Assembly: GCA_963667465.2 (NCBI GenBank)
Contig: CAXXDN010000002.1
Location: 896,001 to 960,000, forward strand
DNA length: 64,000 nucleotides
Direction: 5' to 3'
Source of the DNA: Dehalococcoidia bacterium
GTDB lineage: Bacteria > Chloroflexota > Dehalococcoidia > UBA2979
The notes below the pieces were generated by a model. That model was not told the origin of the DNA. It saw only the letters and a list, made by a program, of their open reading frames with translations, and did no database searches. How positions within the stretch are numbered: the first letter of the stretch is position 1; each line of letters starts with the position of its first letter. This document shows positions 7,847 through 16,530 of this stretch, in pieces. The position numbers and the translations under genes are program-made.

Positions 7847-9475
7847 ATGCACGAAGCGCTCCTCTCGTTGGGGCTCCTGATAGTGTTCGCCAAGCTGCTC
7901 GAGGGCATCTTCAAGCGCTTCGGCCTCAGTGCAATCATCGCCTACGCGACCAGTGGCGTGGTGCTCGGCCCCGTCACGGGGCTGGTGGAGGCGGGGGCCG
8001 AGGTCGAGCTCGTCCTGGGCATCGGGATCTTCATCTTCTTCTTCCTGATCGGCCTCGATGAGCTCGACGTCCGGGGCTTCCTCGCCGCGATCCGCGGTCG
8101 CCTCTTCCTCGCCTCGGTGCTGTCCGTGCTGATCTCGCTCGCCGTCTCGCTCGCGGTGACGACGGAGGCGTTCTTCGATGTGCAGCTGGGACTCGGCTTC
8201 AGTGAGGCGCTGGCGCTGGCCGGCGTGCTGTCGCTCTCCAGTCTCGGGGTGGTCGCGAAGGTGCTGATCGACGAGGGGCGGCTGAAGGATCCCGTCGCCG
8301 TTCAGATCTTCACTGCGGTGGTCATCGCCGAGCTGATCGCGTTGTTCGTCGTCGGGTTCGCGATCAGCGAACACGCGACAGCGGACCACGGACACGAACT
8401 GGGCTGGGCCTCCGCGGCCACCATCGTGGGGCAGGTGCTCGGGTTTGCCGTGGTCACCTGGGTGGTCTCCACGCGGGTGCTTCCGAGGGTGATCGTGCTC
8501 ATGCACCACGTCTTGCAGGTCCCGCAGCTCTCGTTCGGGTTGCTGCTCGGCGGGCTGTTCCTGGTCGTCGTGGGGGCCGAGCACGCGGGTCTCCACGGCT
8601 CGCTCGGAGCGCTGCTCTTCGGCGCAGCGCTCTCCACTCTGCCGTACCAGGTGCGTCGCGACATCATGCCCGGCATGCGAGGGACCGCGGAGGGGTTCTT
8701 CGTTCCGCTGTTCTTTGCATCGGCGGGGCTGCATCTGAGCCTCGACTTCACCCGGCTCGCTCCCGAGACCGTGATCGCGCTGGCGCTGGTGCCGCTGGCG
8801 GGGAAGTTCGCGGGAGCGTTCATCAGTTCCTACATCACCCGGCTCCAGGCGCCGTTCGCAACGGCAACCGGCCTGATGGCGAAGGGCGTGGCCGAGATCG
8901 CGCTGCTGATCCTGCTGTTCCAGTCCGGTGCGATCGACCGGGGCGTGTTCTCCCTGCTCGTGGTGGTGATGCTCGGCTACATCCTGCTCACGCCGCTCGG
9001 GATCAGCTTCGCGTTCAGGCGGCTCGGCGATCCTGGTCCCGACGTTCCCGAGGAGGGAATGCCGCCGTCCCTCGATCACTTCGCCCTCGACGGGCTCCGG
9101 GTGCGGGCGATCCTGGACAGGTCCCGCATGCATCCGGAGCAGGCGCTGACCGTGAAGGCGTTCGCCGCCACCTGGCTGCTGCCCGAGCAACATGACTACG
9201 TGGTCGTCGACGGGGACGAACTTGCGGGAATCGTCTCGCTCAGCCTGCTGCGCTACCTCCCGCGTGGCGAGTGGGAGCGGACTCCCCTCAAGCAGGTGCT
9301 CCGCCACGACACGCCATACGCCTACACCGACGAGCTTGTGGAAGATGCGCTGCAACGGATGGTGGAGCGCGCCCTCACCGTGCTCCCGGTCGCCGACCGC
9401 GAGACGGGCGCATTCGTCGGCTCCATCTCCAGCCACGAGGTGATCGAGCTGATCACCGTCTCTGCGCATGGATAG
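7847..9475 (+). CDS. Cation:proton antiporter (CPA2/KefB-like) with C-terminal CBS pair
   Basis: Many TM helices with FLIGLDELD, LSLSSLGVVAKVL, FFVPLFF and GLMAKGVAEI; CBS motifs VVDGDELAGIVS and LPVADRETGAFVGSIS. Confidence 0.9.
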   Translation: MHEALLSLGLLIVFAKLLEGIFKRFGLSAIIAYATSGVVLGPVTGLVEAGAEVELVLGIGIFIFFFLIGLDELDVRGFLAAIRGRLFLASVLSVLISLAVSLAVTTEAFFDVQLGLGFSEALALAGVLSLSSLGVVAKVLIDEGRLKDPVAVQIFTAVVIAELIALFVVGFAISEHATADHGHELGWASAATIVGQVLGFAVVTWVVSTRVLPRVIVLMHHVLQVPQLSFGLLLGGLFLVVVGAEHAGLHGSLGALLFGAALSTLPYQVRRDIMPGMRGTAEGFFVPLFFASAGLHLSLDFTRLAPETVIALALVPLAGKFAGAFISSYITRLQAPFATATGLMAKGVAEIALLILLFQSGAIDRGVFSLLVVVMLGYILLTPLGISFAFRRLGDPGPDVPEEGMPPSLDHFALDGLRVRAILDRSRMHPEQALTVKAFAATWLLPEQHDYVVVDGDELAGIVSLSLLRYLPRGEWERTPLKQVLRHDTPYAYTDELVEDALQRMVERALTVLPVADRETGAFVGSISSHEVIELITVSAHG

Positions 9476-9507
9476 CGGGCGCGCGCCCCGCGAGCGGTAC
9501 ACCCGCC

Positions 9508-10476
9508 TCAGTTGACCGTGTTGACCGGCTCACCCTCGACGAAGGCGCTGAGGTTGGCGACGGCGATGTCCATCAGCCGCTGCCGCGCCGCCCGCGCGTA
9601 CCAGGCGACGTGCGGCGTGATGATGCAGTTCGGAGCGCGCAGCAGCGGGTGATCCTCGGGCGGCGGCTCCGCTTCGAGCACGTCGAGGCCCGCACCGGCG
9701 ATCGTCCCCGCCTCGAGCGCCACGGCGAGGGCGGCGCTGTCCACCAGCGGGCCACGGCCGGTGTTGATCAACAGCGCCTCCGGCTTCATCAGCGCCAGCC
9801 GCCGCGCGTCGACGAGCCGCTCGGTGTCCGGCGTCAGTGGGCAGTGCAGGCTCAGTACGTCGGACCGCCGGAACAGATCGTCGATGCCGGTGAACTCCAC
9901 CTCGAGACCCTCGAGGCTCGCCGCATCCGGCCGGTGCGTGTTGCTGGCGAGGATCGCCATGCCCATCGCCGCGCCGATGCGTGCGACGGCGCGCCCGATC
10001 CGGCCCATGCCGACGATGCCGAGGTTGCGGCCGGAGAGCTCCATCATCGGCGCGACGGAGAAGCACCACTCGCCCTCGCCGCTCCAGGCGCCCTCGCGCA
10101 CGGCCTGGGCGTGCGGCGCGGTGCGCCGTGCGAGCTCGAGCATCAGCGCAGCCGCGTGCTGCGCGACCGAATCGGTGCCGTAGGCCGGCACGTTGGTCAC
10201 GACGATGCCCCGGCGTCCCGCCTCGGCCACGTCGACCACGTCGTAGCCGGTGGCGAGCACGCCGATGTAGGCGAGGTCGGGCAGCTGCCGGAGCGTCTCG
10301 GCGCGGAGCCGCGTCTTGTTGGTGAAGACGTAGCGGCAGCCCGCGGCGCGCTCCACGACCATGTCGGGCGGGGTGAGCTCGTGGACGGTCAGCTCGCCGA
10401 AGGCCGCGAGGCCGTCCCAGCTCAGGTCACCCGGATTGAGCTTGCTCCCGTCGAGGACCACGATCCTGTCGGCCAC
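9508..10476 (-). CDS. D-2-hydroxyacid dehydrogenase (glycerate dehydrogenase-like)
   Basis: GTG start VADRIVVLDG; LATGYDVVD, GIVGMGRIG, SLHCPLT, INTGRG, LDV...EP, TPHVAW. Confidence 0.92.
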   Translation of the reverse strand: MADRIVVLDGSKLNPGDLSWDGLAAFGELTVHELTPPDMVVERAAGCRYVFTNKTRLRAETLRQLPDLAYIGVLATGYDVVDVAEAGRRGIVVTNVPAYGTDSVAQHAAALMLELARRTAPHAQAVREGAWSGEGEWCFSVAPMMELSGRNLGIVGMGRIGRAVARIGAAMGMAILASNTHRPDAASLEGLEVEFTGIDDLFRRSDVLSLHCPLTPDTERLVDARRLALMKPEALLINTGRGPLVDSAALAVALEAGTIAGAGLDVLEAEPPPEDHPLLRAPNCIITPHVAWYARAARQRLMDIAVANLSAFVEGEPVNTVN

Positions 10477-10535
10477 CTCGCAACTCCCGTCCTCCGTGCC
10501 TCGGCGCCGCTGTGCGATCGTAGCCGCGCGCGACG

Positions 10536-11732
10536 TTAGACGCGGAAGCGGCGCGCGACGCCGCTGCGGCGGTGCGCCAGCTGCTTGCGACGCCCGGCGG
10601 CGTCCATGCGCAGTGCGTCGTCCGGTAGCAACGCGTCGAGCTCGGCGAGCTTGACAAGGCGCGTCTCGGGGAAGGGCGGCTCGTCCGTTTCGCACTGCAT
10701 CCAGCGCAGACCGATGTGCCCCTCGTTCATGTGGCCCGTCGAGAGCCAGTTGGGGACGCCGGGATCCTCGTGCGAGACGACGACGCGCGCCGAGCCGTCG
10801 CGCTCGGTTGGCGACTGGCGGCAGTTCACGCCGGCCATGTGGTAGCGGTAGTCGATCGAGGTCATCCAGTAGTCGTTCAGCTCAAGCTCCCAGTAGTCGC
10901 AGACCGGAGGCGTGAACTCGATCAGCAGCGCCTCGCCGGGCTGCACCAGCCAGTACATGTGGTAGATGATCCCGCCCGGCGCGGCCCCCACCGCGCCCTG
11001 CGTCGCCGAGCTGCGGAAGGTGTTCGGTTGCTCGCGGTAGCGTTCCTGCCAGTGACGCCAGTAGCTCGCCGTTCCCCCGACCCAGTCCGCGGCCCCCGCG
11101 AGGCCTCCCGCGATCCGCTCCGGCGACATCGGCTCCGGGGGTCCGTGATCGCCGACCCGCTCGATCAGCACGCTGATCGGCTCCTCGGCGGCCCAGTCGC
11201 CGAAGAACTGGCGGACCGTGAGCCGGTCCACCTCCGGCACGGTGCGCAGCCAGTTCCCCGGGTGCTCGTCCGGGCCGACGATGATCTCGAAGCTGCCGTC
11301 CCACTCGGTTTGCAGATCCTTGCCCATGATCCGCCCGACCTCGGCGGACTCGCCCGGCGGCGTCGCCTCGGCCGGCCGGTAGGCGCCGAAGACGAGGTAG
11401 TGGACGCCCCCGCGGTTTCCGGTGATGCGGTACGTCTCGGAGCCGTCGATGAAGGTGCGCAGGTAGATACAGTCAGGGTTATCCCCGCCGTACTTGCGCA
11501 CGGGCGTCATCGGGCGAAAGAAGTCGGGGTAGAGCGGATCGGAGTGCTCGACGTTGATCTCGAGGCCAAGCGAGATGTTCTGCGTGAGGTACTGGAAGCC
11601 GCGCGCGCGATCGAGCGCCGTCGCCGGCGCGGGGTCGTCGAAGATGTACGAGCTCGCCGCCTTGAGGTCGTCGCAGAACTGCTCCCAGGCCTCCTTCAGC
11701 ATCGCGTCGTGCGGTGTGTCGCCGTAAGCCAT
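10536..11732 (-). CDS. DUF1214-domain protein
   Basis: AWEQFCDDLK, KYGGDNPDCIY, YRITGNRG, VVVSHEDPGVPNWLSTG, GLRW pattern. Confidence 0.8.
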   Translation of the reverse strand: MAYGDTPHDAMLKEAWEQFCDDLKAASSYIFDDPAPATALDRARGFQYLTQNISLGLEINVEHSDPLYPDFFRPMTPVRKYGGDNPDCIYLRTFIDGSETYRITGNRGGVHYLVFGAYRPAEATPPGESAEVGRIMGKDLQTEWDGSFEIIVGPDEHPGNWLRTVPEVDRLTVRQFFGDWAAEEPISVLIERVGDHGPPEPMSPERIAGGLAGAADWVGGTASYWRHWQERYREQPNTFRSSATQGAVGAAPGGIIYHMYWLVQPGEALLIEFTPPVCDYWELELNDYWMTSIDYRYHMAGVNCRQSPTERDGSARVVVSHEDPGVPNWLSTGHMNEGHIGLRWMQCETDEPPFPETRLVKLAELDALLPDDALRMDAAGRRKQLAHRRSGVARRFRV

Positions 11733-11838
11733 TGTGTACCCCCATCGCGCACCGCGAGCATAGCGAGGCGGGAGCGGCGAGGCTGACGGCAGCGGACAGC
11801 GCGACCTTCACGCGCGCGACGGGTAGACTCCGCCCTCG

Positions 11839-12621
11839 ATGGCACTTGAGGGCAAGGTCGCAGTCATTACCGGAGCAAGTCGGGGGATCGGCGCGGACAT
11901 CGCGCGCCACCTCGGCGGGCTCGGCGTGGCCGTCGCCGTCGCGGCGCGCAGCGAGCAGGAGCCCGACCCGCGCCTGCCCGGCACGATCCACTCCGTCGTC
12001 CGCGAGATCGAGGATACCGGCGGCCGCGCGCTCGCCGTCCGCACCAACGTGCGCTACATCGAGGACACGCAGGCGCTGGTGGAGGCGACCGTCGCTGAGT
12101 TTGGGCGCCTCGACATCCTCGTCAACAACGCCGGGATCACCTTCCAGGGGGATGTCGAGGAGATTCCGCTGGAGCGGCTGGAGCTGATCTGGCAGATCGA
12201 CCTGCGCGCGCCGATCGTGCTCTGCCGTCAGGCGATCCCGCACATGCGGGCGAGCGGCGGCGGACACATCATCAACGTCTCCTCGAACGCGGCGCGGCCG
12301 ATCGGGCCCGCCCCCTACGAACGCCCTCGAACCGGAAGCTTCATCTACTCCGCCTTCAAGGCCGGGCTGAACCGCTTCAACGAGCAACTGGCGCGCGACC
12401 TGCAGTACGACGGCTCGCGCATCTCCTGCAACGTGCTCTCGCCAATGGGCCGGCTGAAGACGCCCGGCAACCTCTACGCCGGCCGTGACCACGGCGATCC
12501 GCTGGAGTTCGAGGTGGCCGAGGCGATGGCCAAGGCGACGGCCTGGATCTGCGAGCAGCCGCCTGAGTTCAGCGGCCACGTCCTCTGGGACCAGAGCCTG
12601 TGCGAGGAGCAGGGGCTCTGA
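11839..12621 (+). CDS. Short-chain dehydrogenase/reductase
   Basis: TGASRGIG, NNAG, YSAFK (YxxxK). Confidence 0.93.
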   Translation: MALEGKVAVITGASRGIGADIARHLGGLGVAVAVAARSEQEPDPRLPGTIHSVVREIEDTGGRALAVRTNVRYIEDTQALVEATVAEFGRLDILVNNAGITFQGDVEEIPLERLELIWQIDLRAPIVLCRQAIPHMRASGGGHIINVSSNAARPIGPAPYERPRTGSFIYSAFKAGLNRFNEQLARDLQYDGSRISCNVLSPMGRLKTPGNLYAGRDHGDPLEFEVAEAMAKATAWICEQPPEFSGHVLWDQSLCEEQGL

Positions 12622-12670
12622 GCGCGCCGCGTGATAGGCTCCGATCGGCGACCGGACGAGAGGCGCTGAC

Positions 12671-13849
12671 ATGACCTCCACCCACACGAACGGGCACGAA
12701 CACGAGGGCGAGATCGTCTCGGTCCCCGAGGCGATCGAGGAGTTCCGCAACGGCCGCCCCGTGATCATCGCTGACGACGAGGGCCGCGAGAATGAGGGCG
12801 ACCTCTGCATCCCCGCCGAGTTCATCAGCGCCGAGCTGATCGCCTTCATGGCGCGCGAGACGCGCGGGCTGATCTGCGTCGCCATGGCGGGCGAGCGCCT
12901 CGACGAGCTGGCAATCCCGCTGATGACCGGGCGCAATACCTCCCCGCTCGCCAAGGGCTTCACCGTCACCGTCGAGGCCCGCGACGGCGTCACCACCGGG
13001 GCCTCGGCGCAGGACAAGGCGCACACCATCCGCCTGCTGGTGGACCCCGCCACCATGCCGGAGCAGCTGACCCGGCCCGGGCACATCTTCCCGTTGCGCG
13101 CCCGCGAGGGCGGCGTGCTGGAGCGCGCGGGCCACACGGAGGCCTCGGTGGACCTCGCGCGGCTGGCCGGCTGCAGCCCGGCCGCCGTGATCTGCGAGAT
13201 GATGCGCAACGACGGGACGATGGCGCGGATGCCGGACCTCGTCGCCTTCGGCCGCAAGCACGGCTTCAAGATCGTCACCGTCAACGACCTGATCGCCCAC
13301 CGCCTGCGCACCGACTCGCTGATCGAGCGGGTCGCGTCAGCCGATCTGCCGAGTCGCTACGGCGACTTCAGCGCGGTCGCCTACCGCACGTTGATCGACA
13401 CGCGCGAGCACATCGCCTTCGTGACGGGCGACCTCGAAGGCGACGACCCGGTGCTGGTGCGCGTGCACGACCAGTGTGTCACCGGGGACGTCCTGCGCTC
13501 CATTGGCTGCGACTGCGGCCAGCAACTCCAGACGGCGATGCGGCTCGTCGGCGAGGAGGGGCGCGGCGTGATCGTCTACCTCTACCAGCAGGGCCGCGGA
13601 GTCGGCGTGCACCAGAAGGCAGGCAGCGGCGGCCAGCCGCCGGTCAGCGTCGCCGGCGTGACGGCCACCGAGGCGCTCGGCCTCCCGGACTACGGCATCG
13701 CCATGCAGATCCTCGTTGACCTCGGTGTGAGCAAGATGCGCCTGATCACGGACAACCCCGTGAAGCGCTCCGGCCTGGACGGCTACGGGCTGGAGATCGT
13801 CGAGTTCGTCCACTTCGACGGCACCGCCGGGAGCGTCGCGGCCTCGTAG
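12671..13849 (+). CDS. ribB: DHBP synthase (RibB) fused to a degenerate GTP cyclohydrolase II (RibA-like) domain
   Basis: DDEGRENEGD, PGHIFPL, GHTEASVDL, ICE in the RibB part; the RibA part keeps CVTGD...CDC but lacks the NKxxAY Tyr and the D-x-R motif. Confidence 0.9.
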   Translation: MTSTHTNGHEHEGEIVSVPEAIEEFRNGRPVIIADDEGRENEGDLCIPAEFISAELIAFMARETRGLICVAMAGERLDELAIPLMTGRNTSPLAKGFTVTVEARDGVTTGASAQDKAHTIRLLVDPATMPEQLTRPGHIFPLRAREGGVLERAGHTEASVDLARLAGCSPAAVICEMMRNDGTMARMPDLVAFGRKHGFKIVTVNDLIAHRLRTDSLIERVASADLPSRYGDFSAVAYRTLIDTREHIAFVTGDLEGDDPVLVRVHDQCVTGDVLRSIGCDCGQQLQTAMRLVGEEGRGVIVYLYQQGRGVGVHQKAGSGGQPPVSVAGVTATEALGLPDYGIAMQILVDLGVSKMRLITDNPVKRSGLDGYGLEIVEFVHFDGTAGSVAAS

Positions 13850-13869
13850 CCGCTCGCCCGCTTCCCCAT

Positions 13870-13929
13870 GCTCAGGACGTGCTGGCTCAGGACGTGCTGG
13901 CTCAGGACGTGCTGGCTCAGGACGTGCTG
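13870..13929. repeat. 15-bp perfect tandem repeat x4 containing the SDR stop codon
   Basis: (gctcaggacgtgctg)x4; the SDR TGA lies in the last copy (13917-13919). Confidence 0.95.
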
Positions 13930-14687
13930 GCGCCGCCGTCCACGGCGAGCACCTGGCCGGTGATGTGCCCCGCCAGGTCCGAGGCGAGGAAGACCGCCGC
14001 TCCGGCGATGTCCTCGGGCTGGGCGATACGACCCAGCGGGTTGCCTGCCGAACGGTCCCACGGGTCGCCGTGCATGTTGCGTGTCCGTCCGGCCGTGTCG
14101 ACGGCGCCCGGCGCGACCGAGTTGACGCGGATGCCGTGCTCGCCCCACTCGGCCGCGAGGGCGCGCGTCATGCCCATGATGCCCGCCTTCGAGGCCGCAT
14201 AGACGGCGGTCTGGTTGCCGCCCGAGCGCAGCCCGGCCACCGAGGACGTGCTCACGATGCTGCCGCCATGGCCCTCGGACAGCATCGTGCGAGCCGCCGC
14301 CTGACTGCCAAGGAACATCGACCTCAGATTCATCCGTACGATCGCGTCGAACCCGTTGGGGGACATGTCGATCGCGGGCAGTTGGAAGTTGCCGCCGGCG
14401 TTGTTGAACATCGAGTCGATCCGGCCGAAGTGCTCCTGCGCGGCCGCGACCAGCGCGATGATGTCCTCGTGCTTGCGCACGTCGGTGAGGAGCCAGAGCG
14501 CCTCGCCGCCGAGTCCCTCGATCTCCGCGGCGGTGCGCGGTCCGGTCTCCTCGTTGATCTCGCCGATCACCACGCGCGCCCCGGCATCCGCCATGCCGAG
14601 CGCGATCGCGCGGCCGACGCCCTGCCCGCCGCCGGTCACGACGGCGACACGGCCGTCCATGCTCATCCGCTCGCGTACGAAGGACAT
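13917..14687 (-). CDS. Short-chain dehydrogenase/reductase
   Basis: Start MSFVRERMS; TGGGQGVG, NNAG, YAASK, GIRVNSVAPG, ITGQVLAVDGG. Confidence 0.93.
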   Translation of the reverse strand: MSFVRERMSMDGRVAVVTGGGQGVGRAIALGMADAGARVVIGEINEETGPRTAAEIEGLGGEALWLLTDVRKHEDIIALVAAAQEHFGRIDSMFNNAGGNFQLPAIDMSPNGFDAIVRMNLRSMFLGSQAAARTMLSEGHGGSIVSTSSVAGLRSGGNQTAVYAASKAGIMGMTRALAAEWGEHGIRVNSVAPGAVDTAGRTRNMHGDPWDRSAGNPLGRIAQPEDIAGAAVFLASDLAGHITGQVLAVDGGASTS

Positions 14688-14722
14688 CGTGTTGCTCTCC
14701 TGCAGCGCTCGTGCCGGAACGC

Positions 14723-15913
14723 CTACTCGATCGGCGGCTTCGGGTCCGGCGAGCGGTCGTGGAAGTGCGGGATCACGGTCTCGCCCATCAGCTTGAGAGA
14801 CTGCAGGATCTTCTCCTGCGGCAGGTCCGGGCCGCCCATGACCATGCACATCATGCGGTCCAGGCCGATGCCCTCGTAGGCCTCGAGCTTGCGGATCACC
14901 TCGTCCGGCGTGCCGACGACGATCTGGTTCTCGGCGTTCATCGCCTCGTAGAACTCGAGGCGGGAGACAGGCACGTCGTCGAGGAGCTTGAGCATGACCT
15001 GGCGGCCCGGTGAGTCGCCAGACTTCTCGATCGCCTCGATCTGCGCGGCGCGGTCGCGGGCGAAGTGGTAGCCAGCCTCACCTTCGCGCACGGGGATCGA
15101 GCCATAGAGCGCGTAAACCTTGCTCATGTACCAGGCCGCGGCCTCCGAGGCGCCGTCGTTGATCGCCTCGTCGAGCGTGGGCGCGCAGTAGACGAAGGTG
15201 AACGCGCCGGCCTGGTTGTTGACCAGGTCCGGGGAGACCGGGTTCTGCACCTGCTGCGCCTCGCGGTAGATCTTGAGCGTGTTCTCGAGCTCCGAGAATG
15301 GGCGAAGCAGGGTGAGGCTGAGCACGCCGACGCCGAGGTTTCCGGCCATTCGCAGCGACTCGTCGCTGCCGGCGGCGATCCACATCCGCGGGTGCGGCTT
15401 CTGCAGCATCCGGGGCACCATCGTAATCGGAGCGATCTGGAAGTACTCGCCGTCGTACTGGAAGCTGTCCTGCGTCCAGATCTGTGGCATCAGGTGCAGG
15501 ACCTCGTCGAGTACCGGCCGCGTCTCGTCGCCGTCGATGTGGAAGATTGCCCACTCGCGCGGCGTCGATCGCCCGAACCCCATCTCGAGGCGCCCGCCGC
15601 TCAGGTTGTCGAGCACGGAGGCGCGCTCGGCGACGCGCACGGGGTGGTTGAAGAGCGGGTGCGTGAGCACGACGGAGTGGCCGACGCGCAGCTGCTTCGT
15701 GCGCATCGCGACGGCGGTCAGGAACTGCTCCGGCGCGGGCATGTGCGTGACCTCGACGGAGCCGTGGTGCTCCACCGACCAGAACACGTCGAAGCCCGCC
15801 CCGTCGGCGACCTCGGCCTGCTCAAGGATCTCCTCGAACAGCTGGCGGTCCGCCCCGTGCGGGATCGGATAGCCGGCGCCCTGACAGAACTCGTAGAACA
15901 GATCGAGCCGCAC
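14723..15913 (-). CDS. LLM-class (luciferase-like) flavin-dependent monooxygenase
   Basis: GFDVFWSVEHH, HPVRVAER...LDNLSGGRLEMGFGR, QKPHPRMW, VGTPDEV. Confidence 0.93.
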   Translation of the reverse strand: MRLDLFYEFCQGAGYPIPHGADRQLFEEILEQAEVADGAGFDVFWSVEHHGSVEVTHMPAPEQFLTAVAMRTKQLRVGHSVVLTHPLFNHPVRVAERASVLDNLSGGRLEMGFGRSTPREWAIFHIDGDETRPVLDEVLHLMPQIWTQDSFQYDGEYFQIAPITMVPRMLQKPHPRMWIAAGSDESLRMAGNLGVGVLSLTLLRPFSELENTLKIYREAQQVQNPVSPDLVNNQAGAFTFVYCAPTLDEAINDGASEAAAWYMSKVYALYGSIPVREGEAGYHFARDRAAQIEAIEKSGDSPGRQVMLKLLDDVPVSRLEFYEAMNAENQIVVGTPDEVIRKLEAYEGIGLDRMMCMVMGGPDLPQEKILQSLKLMGETVIPHFHDRSPDPKPPIE

Positions 15914-16011
15914 GATGTCCTCCTCCGCCCCTCCGGCGGAGGGGTCATGCCCGCGCCACTATACGCGCGGCCCCACGTACTCGCGCCCGCCGGACGGGCG
16001 CGTTGCGGCGC

Positions 16012-16530
16012 TCAGTCGACCAGCGCCGCAATCAGTTGATCGAGCGCCTCGTCCGCCTTCGCGCGCATCTCCGCGTCGTTCGCATCCTGGATGGGGTGCG
16101 GGACGAAGACACGCGAGAGATCCGGAAGGCCGAGCGACTGCGCCTGTGCTTCCGCGGCATTGACGAACTCCGTCGAGGCGATCATCACCGAGGGCTTGCC
16201 CTGAATCTCGAACCAGACCGTGTCGTGCACACTGCACGTCGTACACGACCCTCAGTCGGCAAGTCCTTCGATGACGAAGTCCACCTCCCCGGCCATCTTG
16301 CGCAACAGCTCGTCCGGGGCCGGCTTCGTGAAGGTCGGCTTCATGTAGCGCCGCACCTGCACTTCCGGCAGCCGCTCGTGGATCAGCTCCTCGAGGCGGT
16401 CCAGCAGGACGTTGCCCCGAGGCTTGCTGATGTCGAGCAGGCCGACAGTGCCGGAGATCTGCTCCGGGCGTCGCGAGCGCTGCCGTCCTACGGGCTCACG
16501 CTCGTCCGTGGGGTCCAGAATCGTCGTCAT
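16012..16530 (-). CDS. UGSC-family selenoprotein (in-frame TGA at 16252-16254 read as Sec); 172 aa
   Basis: One frame from MTTILDPTDE through EGLAD-TGA-GSCTTCSVHDTVWFEIQGKPSV to LVD*; the ORF track splits it into 16252..16854 and 16012..16230. Confidence 0.9.
16224..16238 (-). promoter_or_regulatory. Candidate bacterial SECIS hairpin
   Basis: mRNA: UGA + 13 nt + CGUGCA-GUG-UGCACG; same spacing and loop as 60192-60206. Confidence 0.8.

Noticed and set aside
13870-13929. Possible CRISPR array
   Set aside because: Units are contiguous with no spacers and there are no cas genes; it is a simple tandem repeat. No CRISPR array was seen in the window.
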